A DNA stretch of 62,950 nucleotides, the filler included. It is 3 parts of 3 records of this genome, joined end to end, with 100 filler letters (N's around TTAATTAATTAA, not from the genome) between each part and the next. Parts side by side here need not be neighbours in the genome. Positions count along the whole stretch, not along the records: positions 41,524 to 62,950 come from SRR22947725_1020; 2 more parts are not named here. The stretch is one strand, 5' to 3'. Position numbers and translations under genes: made by a program. Positions 49,441 to 59,632 of the stretch are shown here, piece after piece. How positions within the stretch are numbered: position 1 is the first letter of the stretch; each line of letters starts with the position of its first letter. The notes beneath the pieces were generated by a model. That model worked only from the letters and a program-made list of their open reading frames with translations, did not search any database and was not told the DNA's origin.

Positions 49441-51774
49441 ATGTCAGAATTTAAACGAATTGCAGTAATTGGTGCAGGCACTATGGGGAGTGGTATTGCA
49501 GCCCAAATTGCAAATGCTGGACACAAAGTTCTATTGATGGATTTGCCCCGAGATGATGATCCACTTGGAGTATTGAAAGATGCAAAAGTACGACTTTTAA
49601 AGTCTGACCCTCCTGCGCTGGTTCATAAATCTCGTATTGATCTAATTGAAGTTGGTAATATTCGAGATGACTTTAACAAATTGGCAAACTGTGATTGGAT
49701 TGTTGAAGCAGTTGTAGAGCGCTTAGATATTAAAAAAGATTTATATAAACGACTTAATGAAGTTATAAATCCTAATTGTGTTGTAACCTCTAATACATCG
49801 ACAATACCAATTTCTTTGTTGGTTGAAGATATGCCTAAAGATTTTCAGAAACGATTTGCTATTACGCATTATTTTAACCCAGTTCGATACATGCGTTTAC
49901 TAGAGCTCGTTCGCGGTGCAAATACTGATGAAAAAATAATGGACCAACTGGCAGATTATAATGACCGGGTCATGGGTAAAGGTGTTGTTAGGTGCAATGA
50001 TACTCCTGGGTTTTTAGGAAATAGAGTAGGTGTATTTGCCCTTCAAGTTGGAATGGATGAAGCTTCAAGAAATAAACTTACTGTTGAAGAAGCTGATGCT
50101 TTAATGGGTAGGCCAATGGGCATACCTAAAACTGGTGTTTTTGGATTATACGATCTGATTGGTATCGATTTGATGTCTGATGTAGTAAACACTCTAGGCG
50201 ATATCCTTCCAGAAGATGATTTGTTTCATGAAGTTGGCACATTAAATAATCCTGTAATGCCCCTAATTAGAGATATGATCAAAAATGGATTTACAGGTGA
50301 TAAAGGTGCAGGTGGGTTTTATCGAATAGAAAGCAATACAAATTGTGCGGTTGATTTGAACAATGGTAAAATACGCCTTCGGCAGAAGACTTTGCCAATA
50401 AGCGCTCAGAAAGCTGCTGATGCACAAGCTGCTGGGGGCGAAACTCTAACAATTATGATAAGTGGCTCTGATAACCATGCAACCTTTTGTAAACGTTTTC
50501 TAGCTCGTACTTTAGCTTATGCTGCAGATCTAATTCCAGCAGTAACATCTAGCCCTCAAGATATTGATGATGCAATGAAGTTAGGTTTTAATTGGGTCCG
50601 TGGCCCATTCGAATTGATTGATGCTTTAGGGGCTGATGTAGTTTCAAAATTAATTGAAGAGGTAGGTTTAACTGTACCAAAAGCTATATCTTTAAGTGAA
50701 GAAACAGGACCGTTTTATTCTGTGAATAAATCTAGTTTAAATGTATTAAATTTTGAAGATAATATATTTTATTCACCTGTTGTTTTACCTGAAAATACAA
50801 TTCGTTTTCATATGACTAAACAAACTATGATACCATTATTAACTAATTCCGCTGCTAGCTTGTACGAGTTAAAAGGAAATTTGCGATTACTTGAATTCCA
50901 TTCTAAGGCGAATGCACTCACGGCTAAATCTATGGAAATAGTTCTTGCAGCAGCTAAAAACCATGGTGATGGTATTATAGTTCACAATGATGCACAGCAT
51001 TTCTCCGCAGGAGTTGATTTAAATCGTTTTCGCTCATTTATTGAGGCTTCTGACTGGAAAGGAATTGATGAATTTCTAAATAGTTTTCAACAATCTGTTA
51101 AAGCTCTTAAGTATTCGCCTGTACCAGTTATTGGTGCACCTTCTGGATTATCTATTGGTGGTGGTTTTGAAGTTTTAGCGCATTGTGATAAACTTATTGC
51201 ACATACAAATACAGTTTTTGGATTGGTTGAGACTGGGGTTGGTGTTGTGCCTGGTGGGGGTGGAGTTAAAGAAACTTTATTACGTTGGCATCAAGCAACA
51301 GGAGATTGGGGAAAAGCTTCTTGGAATACATGGATGCAAATTGGTTATGGGCAAATTGGTACAAGTCCTGATCTTTCAGCTCGGATGCAATATTATCTAA
51401 AAGATAGAGATATTGAAGTTCTTAACCGTGATAAATTAATGCATATAGCTATTACTGAGATGACAAAATTACAAAAAGAATATTTACCACCAATTGAACC
51501 AGTTTTCGAACTTCCTGGATCTGCTATGATTAAAAAAATGTCTGACTTTATGCAAGATGGAATAAATAAAGGTTTATTTTTTCCTCATGATAAAACAGTA
51601 GCAATGCAAGTTGCTGAAATTGTAGTTAACAGCGCTGACGAAAATACTATTACTGTATCTGAACAAGATATGTATAATCGAGAGCGACGTGCATTTTTAA
51701 ATTTGGCAAAAACACCAGAGACTATTGCTCGCATTTCCAGTCTATTGGATACTGGTGAAGCTATAAGAAATTAG
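49441..51774 (+). CDS. FadN-like 3-hydroxyacyl-CoA dehydrogenase/enoyl-CoA hydratase fusion
   Basis: GAGTMG, EAVVE, SNTS, HYFNPVRYM.L.E dehydrogenase motifs; C-terminal crotonase with FSAGVDL, GGGFE and LVETGVGVVPGGGG. Confidence 0.9.
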   Translation: MSEFKRIAVIGAGTMGSGIAAQIANAGHKVLLMDLPRDDDPLGVLKDAKVRLLKSDPPALVHKSRIDLIEVGNIRDDFNKLANCDWIVEAVVERLDIKKDLYKRLNEVINPNCVVTSNTSTIPISLLVEDMPKDFQKRFAITHYFNPVRYMRLLELVRGANTDEKIMDQLADYNDRVMGKGVVRCNDTPGFLGNRVGVFALQVGMDEASRNKLTVEEADALMGRPMGIPKTGVFGLYDLIGIDLMSDVVNTLGDILPEDDLFHEVGTLNNPVMPLIRDMIKNGFTGDKGAGGFYRIESNTNCAVDLNNGKIRLRQKTLPISAQKAADAQAAGGETLTIMISGSDNHATFCKRFLARTLAYAADLIPAVTSSPQDIDDAMKLGFNWVRGPFELIDALGADVVSKLIEEVGLTVPKAISLSEETGPFYSVNKSSLNVLNFEDNIFYSPVVLPENTIRFHMTKQTMIPLLTNSAASLYELKGNLRLLEFHSKANALTAKSMEIVLAAAKNHGDGIIVHNDAQHFSAGVDLNRFRSFIEASDWKGIDEFLNSFQQSVKALKYSPVPVIGAPSGLSIGGGFEVLAHCDKLIAHTNTVFGLVETGVGVVPGGGGVKETLLRWHQATGDWGKASWNTWMQIGYGQIGTSPDLSARMQYYLKDRDIEVLNRDKLMHIAITEMTKLQKEYLPPIEPVFELPGSAMIKKMSDFMQDGINKGLFFPHDKTVAMQVAEIVVNSADENTITVSEQDMYNRERRAFLNLAKTPETIARISSLLDTGEAIRN

Positions 51775-51783
51775 GGGGCTATA

Positions 51784-53385
51784 ATGAGCATTTATGACGA
51801 TTTTGAAAAAAACTCTGCAAACTACGCTGCATTATCGCCGCTTTCGTTTATAAAACGCACTGCATTAATGTTTCCAGATCGTGATGCCGTAATCTATGGA
51901 AATCGTAATTATAGCTGGTCGCAATTATACAAACGGTCAATTCAATTAGCATCTGCGTTGAATAAGAATGGTGTTGGGAAAGGTGACACAGTTGCAATAC
52001 TCGCCGCTAATACTCCTGAAATGATTGAAGCGCATTTTGGCATTCCTATGTCGGGGGCTATTTTAAATACTATAAATACCCGGTTAGACACTGATACTAT
52101 TTCATATATCCTTGGTCATGGAGAAGCTAAGGTTTTTATTGTTGACGGTGAACTTGCCCCTCAGGCAGCAGATGCCATTAAAGGTCGAGATATACTTGTA
52201 GTTGATATTGCTGATTTGCAAGACAATCCAAATCCAAACCGGATTGGCACAATTGATTATTCTGATTTTATTAAATTAGGTGATGAAAGTGCAAAATGGG
52301 AAATGCCCACAGATGAATGGGATGCAATTGCACTAAACTATACCTCAGGCTCGACAGGCCGCCCTAAAGGCGTTGTTTATCACCACCGGGGTGCTTATTT
52401 GATGTCTATGGGAGTAATTGCTGATTGGGGATTACCAAGGCATCCAAAATACCTTTATACAGTTCCGTTATTTCACTGTAATGGATGGTGCCATGGATGG
52501 GCTATGGCTGCTTTGGCTGGAACTATTGTATGTACGCGCGCTATTACACCTGCAGTCATTTATAACGCAATTAGTGAATACGGCATCACGCATTTTGGAG
52601 GTGCACCAATAGTTTTAGGAATGATTTTAAATGCAAATGATAATGATCGAAAAAATTTCGCTTATACAGTAAATGTAATGACTGCAGGTGCACCACCTCC
52701 AGCCGCAGTTTTAGAAGGCATTGAAAATCTTGGCTTTAATGTTACGCAAGTTTATGGGTTAACTGAAACTTATGGACACACAGTAATGTCTACTTGGAAT
52801 AGTGATTGGGATGATTTGCCGCAAGATCAACGTGCAATAATGAAATCACGACAAGGCGCAGGAATGGTTCATACTGATGGCTTGCGTGTAGTTGATACCA
52901 ACGGAATAGATGTACCAGCAGATGGTGAAACATTTGGAGAAATATTAATCCGTGGCAATACTGTCATGAAGGGATATTTGAAAAACCCAAAAGCAACATC
53001 TGAAGCTTTTGCAGATGGCTGGTTTAGATCTGAAGATTTAGCCGTAATGCATTCAAATGGTTATGTTGAAGTTAAGGATAGATTAAAAGACATAATTATA
53101 TCAGGTGGTGAGAATATTTCATCTGTTGAAGTCGAAGGAATTTTACATCGACATGAGGCTGTGGCTTTAGCTGCTGTTGTCGCAATGAAAGATGAAAAGT
53201 GGGGTGAAGTGCCTTGTGCTTTCATTGAATTAAAAGATGGAAAATCTGTAACTGAAAATGAAATTATATCTTTTTGCCGTGATCATCTTGCTGGTTTTAA
53301 ACGCCCTAAAAGGGTTATATTTGGAGTGCTCCCAAAAACTGCAACAGGTAAGATTCAGAAATATGAATTAAGAAACAATATTTGA
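51784..53385 (+). CDS. dmdB: Acyl-CoA synthetase, DmdB-like (3-methylmercaptopropionate-CoA ligase)
   Basis: NY..LSPLSF, NYTSGSTGRPKGVVYHHRG.YL, PLFHCNGW, GGAPIVL, YGLTETYGH, SGGENISS; resembles recalled SAR11/Roseobacter DmdB and sits in a dmdA neighbourhood. Confidence 0.68.
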   Translation: MSIYDDFEKNSANYAALSPLSFIKRTALMFPDRDAVIYGNRNYSWSQLYKRSIQLASALNKNGVGKGDTVAILAANTPEMIEAHFGIPMSGAILNTINTRLDTDTISYILGHGEAKVFIVDGELAPQAADAIKGRDILVVDIADLQDNPNPNRIGTIDYSDFIKLGDESAKWEMPTDEWDAIALNYTSGSTGRPKGVVYHHRGAYLMSMGVIADWGLPRHPKYLYTVPLFHCNGWCHGWAMAALAGTIVCTRAITPAVIYNAISEYGITHFGGAPIVLGMILNANDNDRKNFAYTVNVMTAGAPPPAAVLEGIENLGFNVTQVYGLTETYGHTVMSTWNSDWDDLPQDQRAIMKSRQGAGMVHTDGLRVVDTNGIDVPADGETFGEILIRGNTVMKGYLKNPKATSEAFADGWFRSEDLAVMHSNGYVEVKDRLKDIIISGGENISSVEVEGILHRHEAVALAAVVAMKDEKWGEVPCAFIELKDGKSVTENEIISFCRDHLAGFKRPKRVIFGVLPKTATGKIQKYELRNNI

Positions 53386-53422
53386 TTTAACCTCCAAGAC
53401 TGGTCCTGAAATTTTATTTTAG

Positions 53423-54208
53423 TTATTTGCCTTTCCAAACTGGTTTGCGCTTTTCTGAAAATGCTTTTGCACCTTCAAGTTGATCCTCTGATGTATAAAG
53501 AGTTTTCACAGTGGGAAGCTCACTTGATGTTATAGTGTTTAATGCATCCTGAAACTTCATGTTCTCGGCTTCACGAACAACTTCTTTAATTGCAGCGTAA
53601 ACTAAAGGTGGACCAGCGGCCAATATTTTAGCCATATTTCGGGCTTCTTCCATTAATGTTTCTGCAGGATGAATTTGATTTATTAATCCCCAACGTGCAG
53701 CTTCTTCTGCATCTATCCACCTTCCTGTAAATAGCATTTCCATTGCAATATGATAAGGAATACGCTTTGGTAACTTTATTGAAGCTGCATCTGCAACTGT
53801 TCCTGAGTTTATTTCTGGTAAAGCAAATTGGGCATGCTCTGCAGAAAGAATAATGTCTGCAGATAATGCCAGCTCTAATCCGCCTCCACAACAAATGCCA
53901 TTTACTGCAGCAATAACGGGTTTGTTTAGATTTTTTAATTCTTGAAGTCCACCAAAACCACCTTGGCCATAATCACCGTCTACTTCGTCACCATCTGCAG
54001 CAGCTTTCAAATCCCATCCTGGGCAGAAAAATTTTGGACCAGCACCTGTAATAATAGCTACACGGAGTTCCGGATTATCTCTAAAACTTGCAAAAACATC
54101 TCCCATAATTCTACTTGTTTTTAGGTCTATGGCATTAGCTTTTGGCCGATCTAAAATGACTTCTAAAACATGACCATCTTGTATTGTTTTGATTGGACTT
54201 TCAGTCAT
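53423..54208 (-). CDS. caiD: Carnitinyl-CoA dehydratase/crotonobetainyl-CoA hydratase (CaiD/BcoD type)
   Basis: LDRPKANAID, FFCPGWDLKAAA.G...D.DYG.GGFGG, GGGLEL, ALPE, SEDQLEG..AF.EKR; last gene of the carnitine operon. Confidence 0.85.
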   Translation of the reverse strand: MTESPIKTIQDGHVLEVILDRPKANAIDLKTSRIMGDVFASFRDNPELRVAIITGAGPKFFCPGWDLKAAADGDEVDGDYGQGGFGGLQELKNLNKPVIAAVNGICCGGGLELALSADIILSAEHAQFALPEINSGTVADAASIKLPKRIPYHIAMEMLFTGRWIDAEEAARWGLINQIHPAETLMEEARNMAKILAAGPPLVYAAIKEVVREAENMKFQDALNTITSSELPTVKTLYTSEDQLEGAKAFSEKRKPVWKGK

Positions 54209-56237
54209 TTTTTTCTCCTATTTTTATTAATGCATCAGCTACAATGGCATCTAATTCTCTACACATGAGTGGGTTAATTTCAACTTCTGATATTTTCCCA
54301 TGATTTGAAATAACAAAATTTTGAACATTCTGAATTGTTTTTAATATGCTATCTATGTTGGGAGATGGTGCTCCTCTATATCCTAAAAACAATGGCCACA
54401 TTTTGAGTGTTTTTAGTGATTTTAAAATGTCTTCATTATTTGCTGGTATTAATAAAGAAACTTTATCATCAAATATTTCGGTAAGCTTTCCTCCTGAAGC
54501 AATGGTTAAAACATAACCATGAGCTTCATCTAAAACTACTCCAATTAACAATTCTAATAAACTATCATTAATCATCTTTTCTATTAAAAATGTTTCGCTT
54601 GGCATAATTTTTGCAGCATTAAGAATATCTGTTTGATTTTGTAAATTTAATGCAACAAGTCCTGCTTCGGTCTTATGGGCGCTACCTTCGCCTTTTAATA
54701 CAACTGGATACCCAATTTCATTTGCAGTATTTTTGATATCTTCATAATTAGATACAGTCTGTAAAATTGGTAGTTGGATATCAAATTCCCCAAGCATTTT
54801 TTTTGCTGTGGCTTCAGTTAATACTTTTGCATTTAATGGAATGATTGGCGGCAAAATGTTCTTAGATTTCATTTTTGAATATGTTGCGAATTTGGCAATG
54901 GAATCTAAAGCACTTTCGATACCCCCAAATGGAATAATACCTTTTTCTAATAGTTCTTTTGCAATCGTTTCTGGTAAAGTATCTGAAATGGAACCAACAA
55001 CTCCAATCTGGCATCCTGTTTTGTTTTTGGCTTCAACAAGAGAAGGGATGACATCAACCCACATTTGTGGATTACATCGATCAGTGCGTGGAAAGTCTAA
55101 AACTAATAAACCAATGCAGTTTGAGTCTTTTAGTGCAGCAATAAAAGTTTGAGTCATTGCCTCCCAATTACCCCAAATATAAGTATGGTAATCCAATGGA
55201 TTTGCTAATTTTACCATTTTTCCCAAAGTATTTCGCAACCTTGAAGATTGATTTTCGCTTAGTGGTGGGAAATTAATTCCAACTGCCTGACCTATGTCAG
55301 CCATCAAGCTTGCTTCACCTCCAGAACATGACATTGATAAGACGTTATTATTTGGTTGCTCCCCAACTACATGAGCTAATTTTAATGTTTCTAAAAATGT
55401 AGTTAGATTTTGTATTTGAACCACACCCAAACGACTGAATAAAGCAGTTGCGCCAGCGTTACTTCCAGCGATCGATGCAGTATGGGAAATTGTTGCAGCT
55501 CGAGCCTGATCAGAGCTTCCAACTTTTAATATAATTATGGGTTTTCCTAGATTATTGGCAATCTGTACCATTCTTTCAAATTCAACAACATCTTTAATCC
55601 CTTCAATGTGAAGCCCTAAAGCTGTTACACGTGGATCTTTCAAGAATTCAGCAGCCATTTCTGCTAAGCTGACCTGAGCTTGATTTCCAACAGAGGAAAT
55701 AAAAGCAATTGGTAGCCCTCGTGTTTGCATTGTTAAATTAATAGCAATATTAGAAGATTGAGTAATAATGGCTACGCCAGTTTCTACTCGCTCGCCACCA
55801 TGTTGATCTGGCCACAATAGTGACCCATCAAGGTAATTTATAAATCCATAACAATTCGGACCCAAGATAGCCATTTCACCTGCAGCCAATAATAATTGAT
55901 GTTCCAAATCAGCACTTTTTGCATCTTCAGATACTGACTCTGAAAACCCACTAGCAAAACAAACAGCACCTTTGGCTTTTATGGAATTTAATGATTTTAT
56001 TACTTCAATTGTTGTAAATCTATTCACGCCCACGAAACTTGCATCTGGTCCGTATGGAAGATCTTCCACCGTTTTGAAACAGGAAATTCCATTGATCTCA
56101 TTACGTTTTGGATGAACTGCCCATATTGATCCTTGAAAATCCATTTTTTTGCATTGTTCAATAACATTTTCGCACCATGATCCACCGCCTATTACGGCAA
56201 TAGATTTGGGATGTAATAGGCTTCCAAGGTTATTCAT
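54201..56237 (-). CDS. NDP-forming acyl-CoA synthetase (fused alpha-beta), probable gamma-butyrobetainyl-CoA synthetase
   Basis: PKSIAVIG, CFASGF.E, GPNCYG, TQSSN, SHTASIAG (phospho-His), SCSGGEA, NPLDY, HKTE.G.V, EINPL. Confidence 0.8.
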   Translation of the reverse strand: MNNLGSLLHPKSIAVIGGGSWCENVIEQCKKMDFQGSIWAVHPKRNEINGISCFKTVEDLPYGPDASFVGVNRFTTIEVIKSLNSIKAKGAVCFASGFSESVSEDAKSADLEHQLLLAAGEMAILGPNCYGFINYLDGSLLWPDQHGGERVETGVAIITQSSNIAINLTMQTRGLPIAFISSVGNQAQVSLAEMAAEFLKDPRVTALGLHIEGIKDVVEFERMVQIANNLGKPIIILKVGSSDQARAATISHTASIAGSNAGATALFSRLGVVQIQNLTTFLETLKLAHVVGEQPNNNVLSMSCSGGEASLMADIGQAVGINFPPLSENQSSRLRNTLGKMVKLANPLDYHTYIWGNWEAMTQTFIAALKDSNCIGLLVLDFPRTDRCNPQMWVDVIPSLVEAKNKTGCQIGVVGSISDTLPETIAKELLEKGIIPFGGIESALDSIAKFATYSKMKSKNILPPIIPLNAKVLTEATAKKMLGEFDIQLPILQTVSNYEDIKNTANEIGYPVVLKGEGSAHKTEAGLVALNLQNQTDILNAAKIMPSETFLIEKMINDSLLELLIGVVLDEAHGYVLTIASGGKLTEIFDDKVSLLIPANNEDILKSLKTLKMWPLFLGYRGAPSPNIDSILKTIQNVQNFVISNHGKISEVEINPLMCRELDAIVADALIKIGEKND

Positions 56238-57398
56238 TTACGCACCCAATGGGCGTAGTAATTCACGACTGATTATATGACGCTGAATTTCAGATGTCCC
56301 ATCCCAGATACGTTCTACTCGAGCATCTCTCCAAAACCGTTCAATAGGAAAATCATCCATTAAACCCATCCCACCAAATATTTGCAATGTTTTATCAGTT
56401 ACACTTGCTAAAGTCTCTGAAGCAAATACTTTTGCACTTGCTATTTCTCGATTTGACGGTTGTCCTTGATCAAGCATCCAAGCAGATTTTAATGTCAATA
56501 AATCTGCAGCATCTATATCTGTTATCATGTCAGCAATTTGAAAGCCTACTCCCTGGAATTTTCCAATTGCTTGCCCAAATTGTTTTCGTTCTGCAGCATA
56601 ATTAAGTGCATAATCAAAGCATCTTCTAGCTCGGCCAACTGAAAATGCTGCAACTGTTATTCTTGTTGCATAAAGCCATTCATTCATAACGGCAAAGCCC
56701 CCATCAATTTCGCCTAAAACAGCCTCTTTAGGTAAACGACAATTATCAAAGTCTAATATGCAATTTTTATATCCCTTATGGCTAACTGAATTGTATCCGT
56801 TTCGAACTTCAAAGCCTTTTGTTCCGCGATCTACAAGAAATGTAGTAATCCGTTTTTTTGGACCTCGCGGCGTTTCATCAACACCAGTTGCTACAAATAC
56901 TATGAAGAAATCAGCATGTTCAGCACCAGATATAAAGTGTTTTGATCCATTAAGTATCCAATCTGAACCATCAGATACAGCGTTGCATTTCATTCCACGA
57001 ACATCACTTCCTGCATCTGGTTCAGTCATGGCCAATGCATCTGTGATCTCACCTTTTACAGCTGGTAGAAGATAGCGCTCTATTTGTTCATCACGACACG
57101 CCATAAGTATATTTTGAGGTCTTCCAAAAAAATGAGTTAACGCCATAGAGCCTCTTCCAAGTTCTCTTTCAACAAGTGTAAAATCAAGATGATTTAAACC
57201 TGCACCACCTACACTTTCAGGAAAGTTACAGGCATAAAAACCTAAATCTAAAACTTTTTGTTTTATTGATTGGCCTAACTCTAGAGGAACATTTCCAGTT
57301 CGCTCTACTTCAGCTTCATGCGGGTAAATTTCTTTTTCAACAAAATTACGTACAGTATCAACAATCATTTCTTGCTCTTGCGATAATCCAAAATTCAT
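56238..57398 (-). CDS. Acyl-CoA dehydrogenase, probable gamma-butyrobetainyl-CoA dehydrogenase
   Basis: AMTEPDAGSD, NGSKHFIS, RKQFGQAI, QIFGGMG, RIWDGTSEIQR; translationally coupled within the carnitine operon. Confidence 0.85.
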   Translation of the reverse strand: MNFGLSQEQEMIVDTVRNFVEKEIYPHEAEVERTGNVPLELGQSIKQKVLDLGFYACNFPESVGGAGLNHLDFTLVERELGRGSMALTHFFGRPQNILMACRDEQIERYLLPAVKGEITDALAMTEPDAGSDVRGMKCNAVSDGSDWILNGSKHFISGAEHADFFIVFVATGVDETPRGPKKRITTFLVDRGTKGFEVRNGYNSVSHKGYKNCILDFDNCRLPKEAVLGEIDGGFAVMNEWLYATRITVAAFSVGRARRCFDYALNYAAERKQFGQAIGKFQGVGFQIADMITDIDAADLLTLKSAWMLDQGQPSNREIASAKVFASETLASVTDKTLQIFGGMGLMDDFPIERFWRDARVERIWDGTSEIQRHIISRELLRPLGA

Positions 57399-58831
57399 TG
57401 TCTTTTCCCCCTTGGATCTTCAAATTTGCTATGAGCAGTTGCAATTCTTTCTAAATTGGCAAGAACATCTTTTCGTGGTTCACATGCACGCCTTGTTTCT
57501 AGACTAACATGAATTAGCATTTGTTCCCCAGTCGCCATCAAAGTGCCATCATCACCAAACATTTGGTGGAATAAGCGCATTTTTTTTCCTTCTCCCAGTA
57601 GAATATATGATTTCACATGAATGTGTGATCCTGCATGAGTCTCAGCTAAAAACTTAATTGCAATGTCTACGGTAAAATAGCTTAATCCAGATGCAATGTA
57701 AGCTTCATTTGCCCCCACCGTTTTCATAACTATATCAGCAGCATCAGAAAAAATTTGTCCGTATCTGCTTTCATTCATATGTCCATTATAGTCTGTCCAA
57801 TCGTTTGGAATAACTCTACTGATGGTGGTAATGGGCTCCTTATATTCTGAAGGCAATTCTGGTTTTATTGTTTGTTCGTGTTTATTAATTAAAGCACCTG
57901 CAGCAGTATTTTCATTTTTTAATGAACGAAGAATTGCAATCAAATTGTTATCACGTAATCTCTCTAGTTCCCGAATAGATTTGTGCCCTGATTGTGTATC
58001 AGATTGGTTAGCAATCTGCTCAATTAACTCATCAGTAAGTTCAGGAACGTCCATAAGTTTTGTCCAAGGCCATTGTAAACATGGACCAAATTGAGAGATG
58101 AAATGTGCCATTCCTTCTTCTCCACCGGCTATCCTGTAGGTTTCGAATAATCCCATTTGAGCCCATCGCAAACCAAAGCCATATCGAATGGCATCATCTA
58201 TTTCTTGGGTTGTGGCAATTCCATCTTTTATGAGCCATAAACCTTCGCGCCAAACAGCTTCTAAAAATCTATCTGCGATATGTGCATCAATTTCTTTTCT
58301 AACGTGTAATGGGAACATTCCTAAGGAAGTTAATATTTCTTTTGCTTTATTTATAATAGCTTCTGAATTTGCAGGGGACGGAACTAACTCAATTAATGGT
58401 AATAAATAAACTGGATTAAAAGGGTGTGTGACAATAATTGAATCAGGTCTTACGGATTCTTCTTGAAGTTCTGATGGTTTGAACCCTGATGTTGAGGAGC
58501 CAATAACTGCATCAGAGGATGCATGACTTATTATTTCATTAAATACTTTATGTTTGAGATCCAATCTCTCGGGCACACTTTCTTGGATCCATGTAGCACC
58601 ATCAACTGCATCTTTTATATTTTCACAAAACTTAAGTGATCCTTCTGGTGGTAAATTTATATCGTATAACATTGGCAAAGCATGCCGTGCATTTTCCAGA
58701 ATTGCTTTTATTTTGCGCTCAGATTCAGGATCTGGATCATATAAATTTACATCCCATCCATTAAGCAAAAACCTTGCAAGCCAGCCTCCACCTATGACAC
58801 CACCACCAATTATTGCTGCTAATTTTTTCAT
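57395..58831 (-). CDS. lcdH: L-carnitine 3-dehydrogenase fused to a hotdog thioesterase (CdhA-CdhB fusion)
   Basis: GGGVIGGGW, QESVPE, SSTSGF.PS, HPFNPVYLLPL.E, GLRWAQMG; C-terminal WTDYNGHMNESRY thioesterase domain. Confidence 0.88.
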   Translation of the reverse strand: MKKLAAIIGGGVIGGGWLARFLLNGWDVNLYDPDPESERKIKAILENARHALPMLYDINLPPEGSLKFCENIKDAVDGATWIQESVPERLDLKHKVFNEIISHASSDAVIGSSTSGFKPSELQEESVRPDSIIVTHPFNPVYLLPLIELVPSPANSEAIINKAKEILTSLGMFPLHVRKEIDAHIADRFLEAVWREGLWLIKDGIATTQEIDDAIRYGFGLRWAQMGLFETYRIAGGEEGMAHFISQFGPCLQWPWTKLMDVPELTDELIEQIANQSDTQSGHKSIRELERLRDNNLIAILRSLKNENTAAGALINKHEQTIKPELPSEYKEPITTISRVIPNDWTDYNGHMNESRYGQIFSDAADIVMKTVGANEAYIASGLSYFTVDIAIKFLAETHAGSHIHVKSYILLGEGKKMRLFHQMFGDDGTLMATGEQMLIHVSLETRRACEPRKDVLANLERIATAHSKFEDPRGKRQ

Positions 58832-58867
58832 CTTATTCTCATTTTTTAAATTCAGATTTCTTTAATT

Positions 58868-59632
58868 CTAAGTAATAGACTCTGTGTGCCCATCAACGGC
58901 TAAAGCTTGGCCAGATATTTTTATTCCAGAAGGACTGTCTAAAAAGTGTATCATATTAGCGATATCATCTGCAGTTACCCAAGTCTTCAAGGATACGGCA
59001 GAGACATAATCATCGCGGACCTTTTGTTCATCAACACCTCTAGCATTGGCTTCATTTTGTACTACTTGGTCCATGCGATTACCTTCTACAGCACCAGGAC
59101 ATATGCAATTTACTCGAATGCCATCGCTCCCCATTTCCATCGCTAATGTTTTTGTTAATCCTACAATTCCCCATTTTGCTACTGCATATGGACTACGATA
59201 TGGGTACCCGAACAATCCTGCAGTTGATGACAAAAGAATTACTAAACCAGATTTGTTTTTGCGCATATGTTTTGCGGCCCATCGAACTAATAAAAAAGTA
59301 CCGTCCAATGTTGTGGCGAGTGTAGTTTTCCAATCTGAATAATTTAAATTTTCAATTAAAGATGCAGGACCACCTATGCCTGCACCAGCGATTACTACAT
59401 CTACACCATTTAAAAATTCATCACATGCGTTAAAAAAATTATCCATTTCTTTTTCATCAGTTACATTTGCACAAATAGCCAATGAATTGGGGTAATTATT
59501 CTTAAATTCTTGGATCGCATTTGGATCAATATCGCAAATTGCTACTTTTGCGCCCGCTGCAAGGTAATTTTTTGCTATAACTAAACCAATCCCTGCAGCT
59601 CCTGCAGTTATGACTACTCGCTTTTCATTCAT
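58868..59632 (-). CDS. Short-chain dehydrogenase/reductase (classical SDR, likely NAD-dependent)
   Basis: TAGAAGIG, acidic CDID, SS, YAVAK (YxxxK), VNCICPG. Confidence 0.92.
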   Translation of the reverse strand: MNEKRVVITAGAAGIGLVIAKNYLAAGAKVAICDIDPNAIQEFKNNYPNSLAICANVTDEKEMDNFFNACDEFLNGVDVVIAGAGIGGPASLIENLNYSDWKTTLATTLDGTFLLVRWAAKHMRKNKSGLVILLSSTAGLFGYPYRSPYAVAKWGIVGLTKTLAMEMGSDGIRVNCICPGAVEGNRMDQVVQNEANARGVDEQKVRDDYVSAVSLKTWVTADDIANMIHFLDSPSGIKISGQALAVDGHTESIT

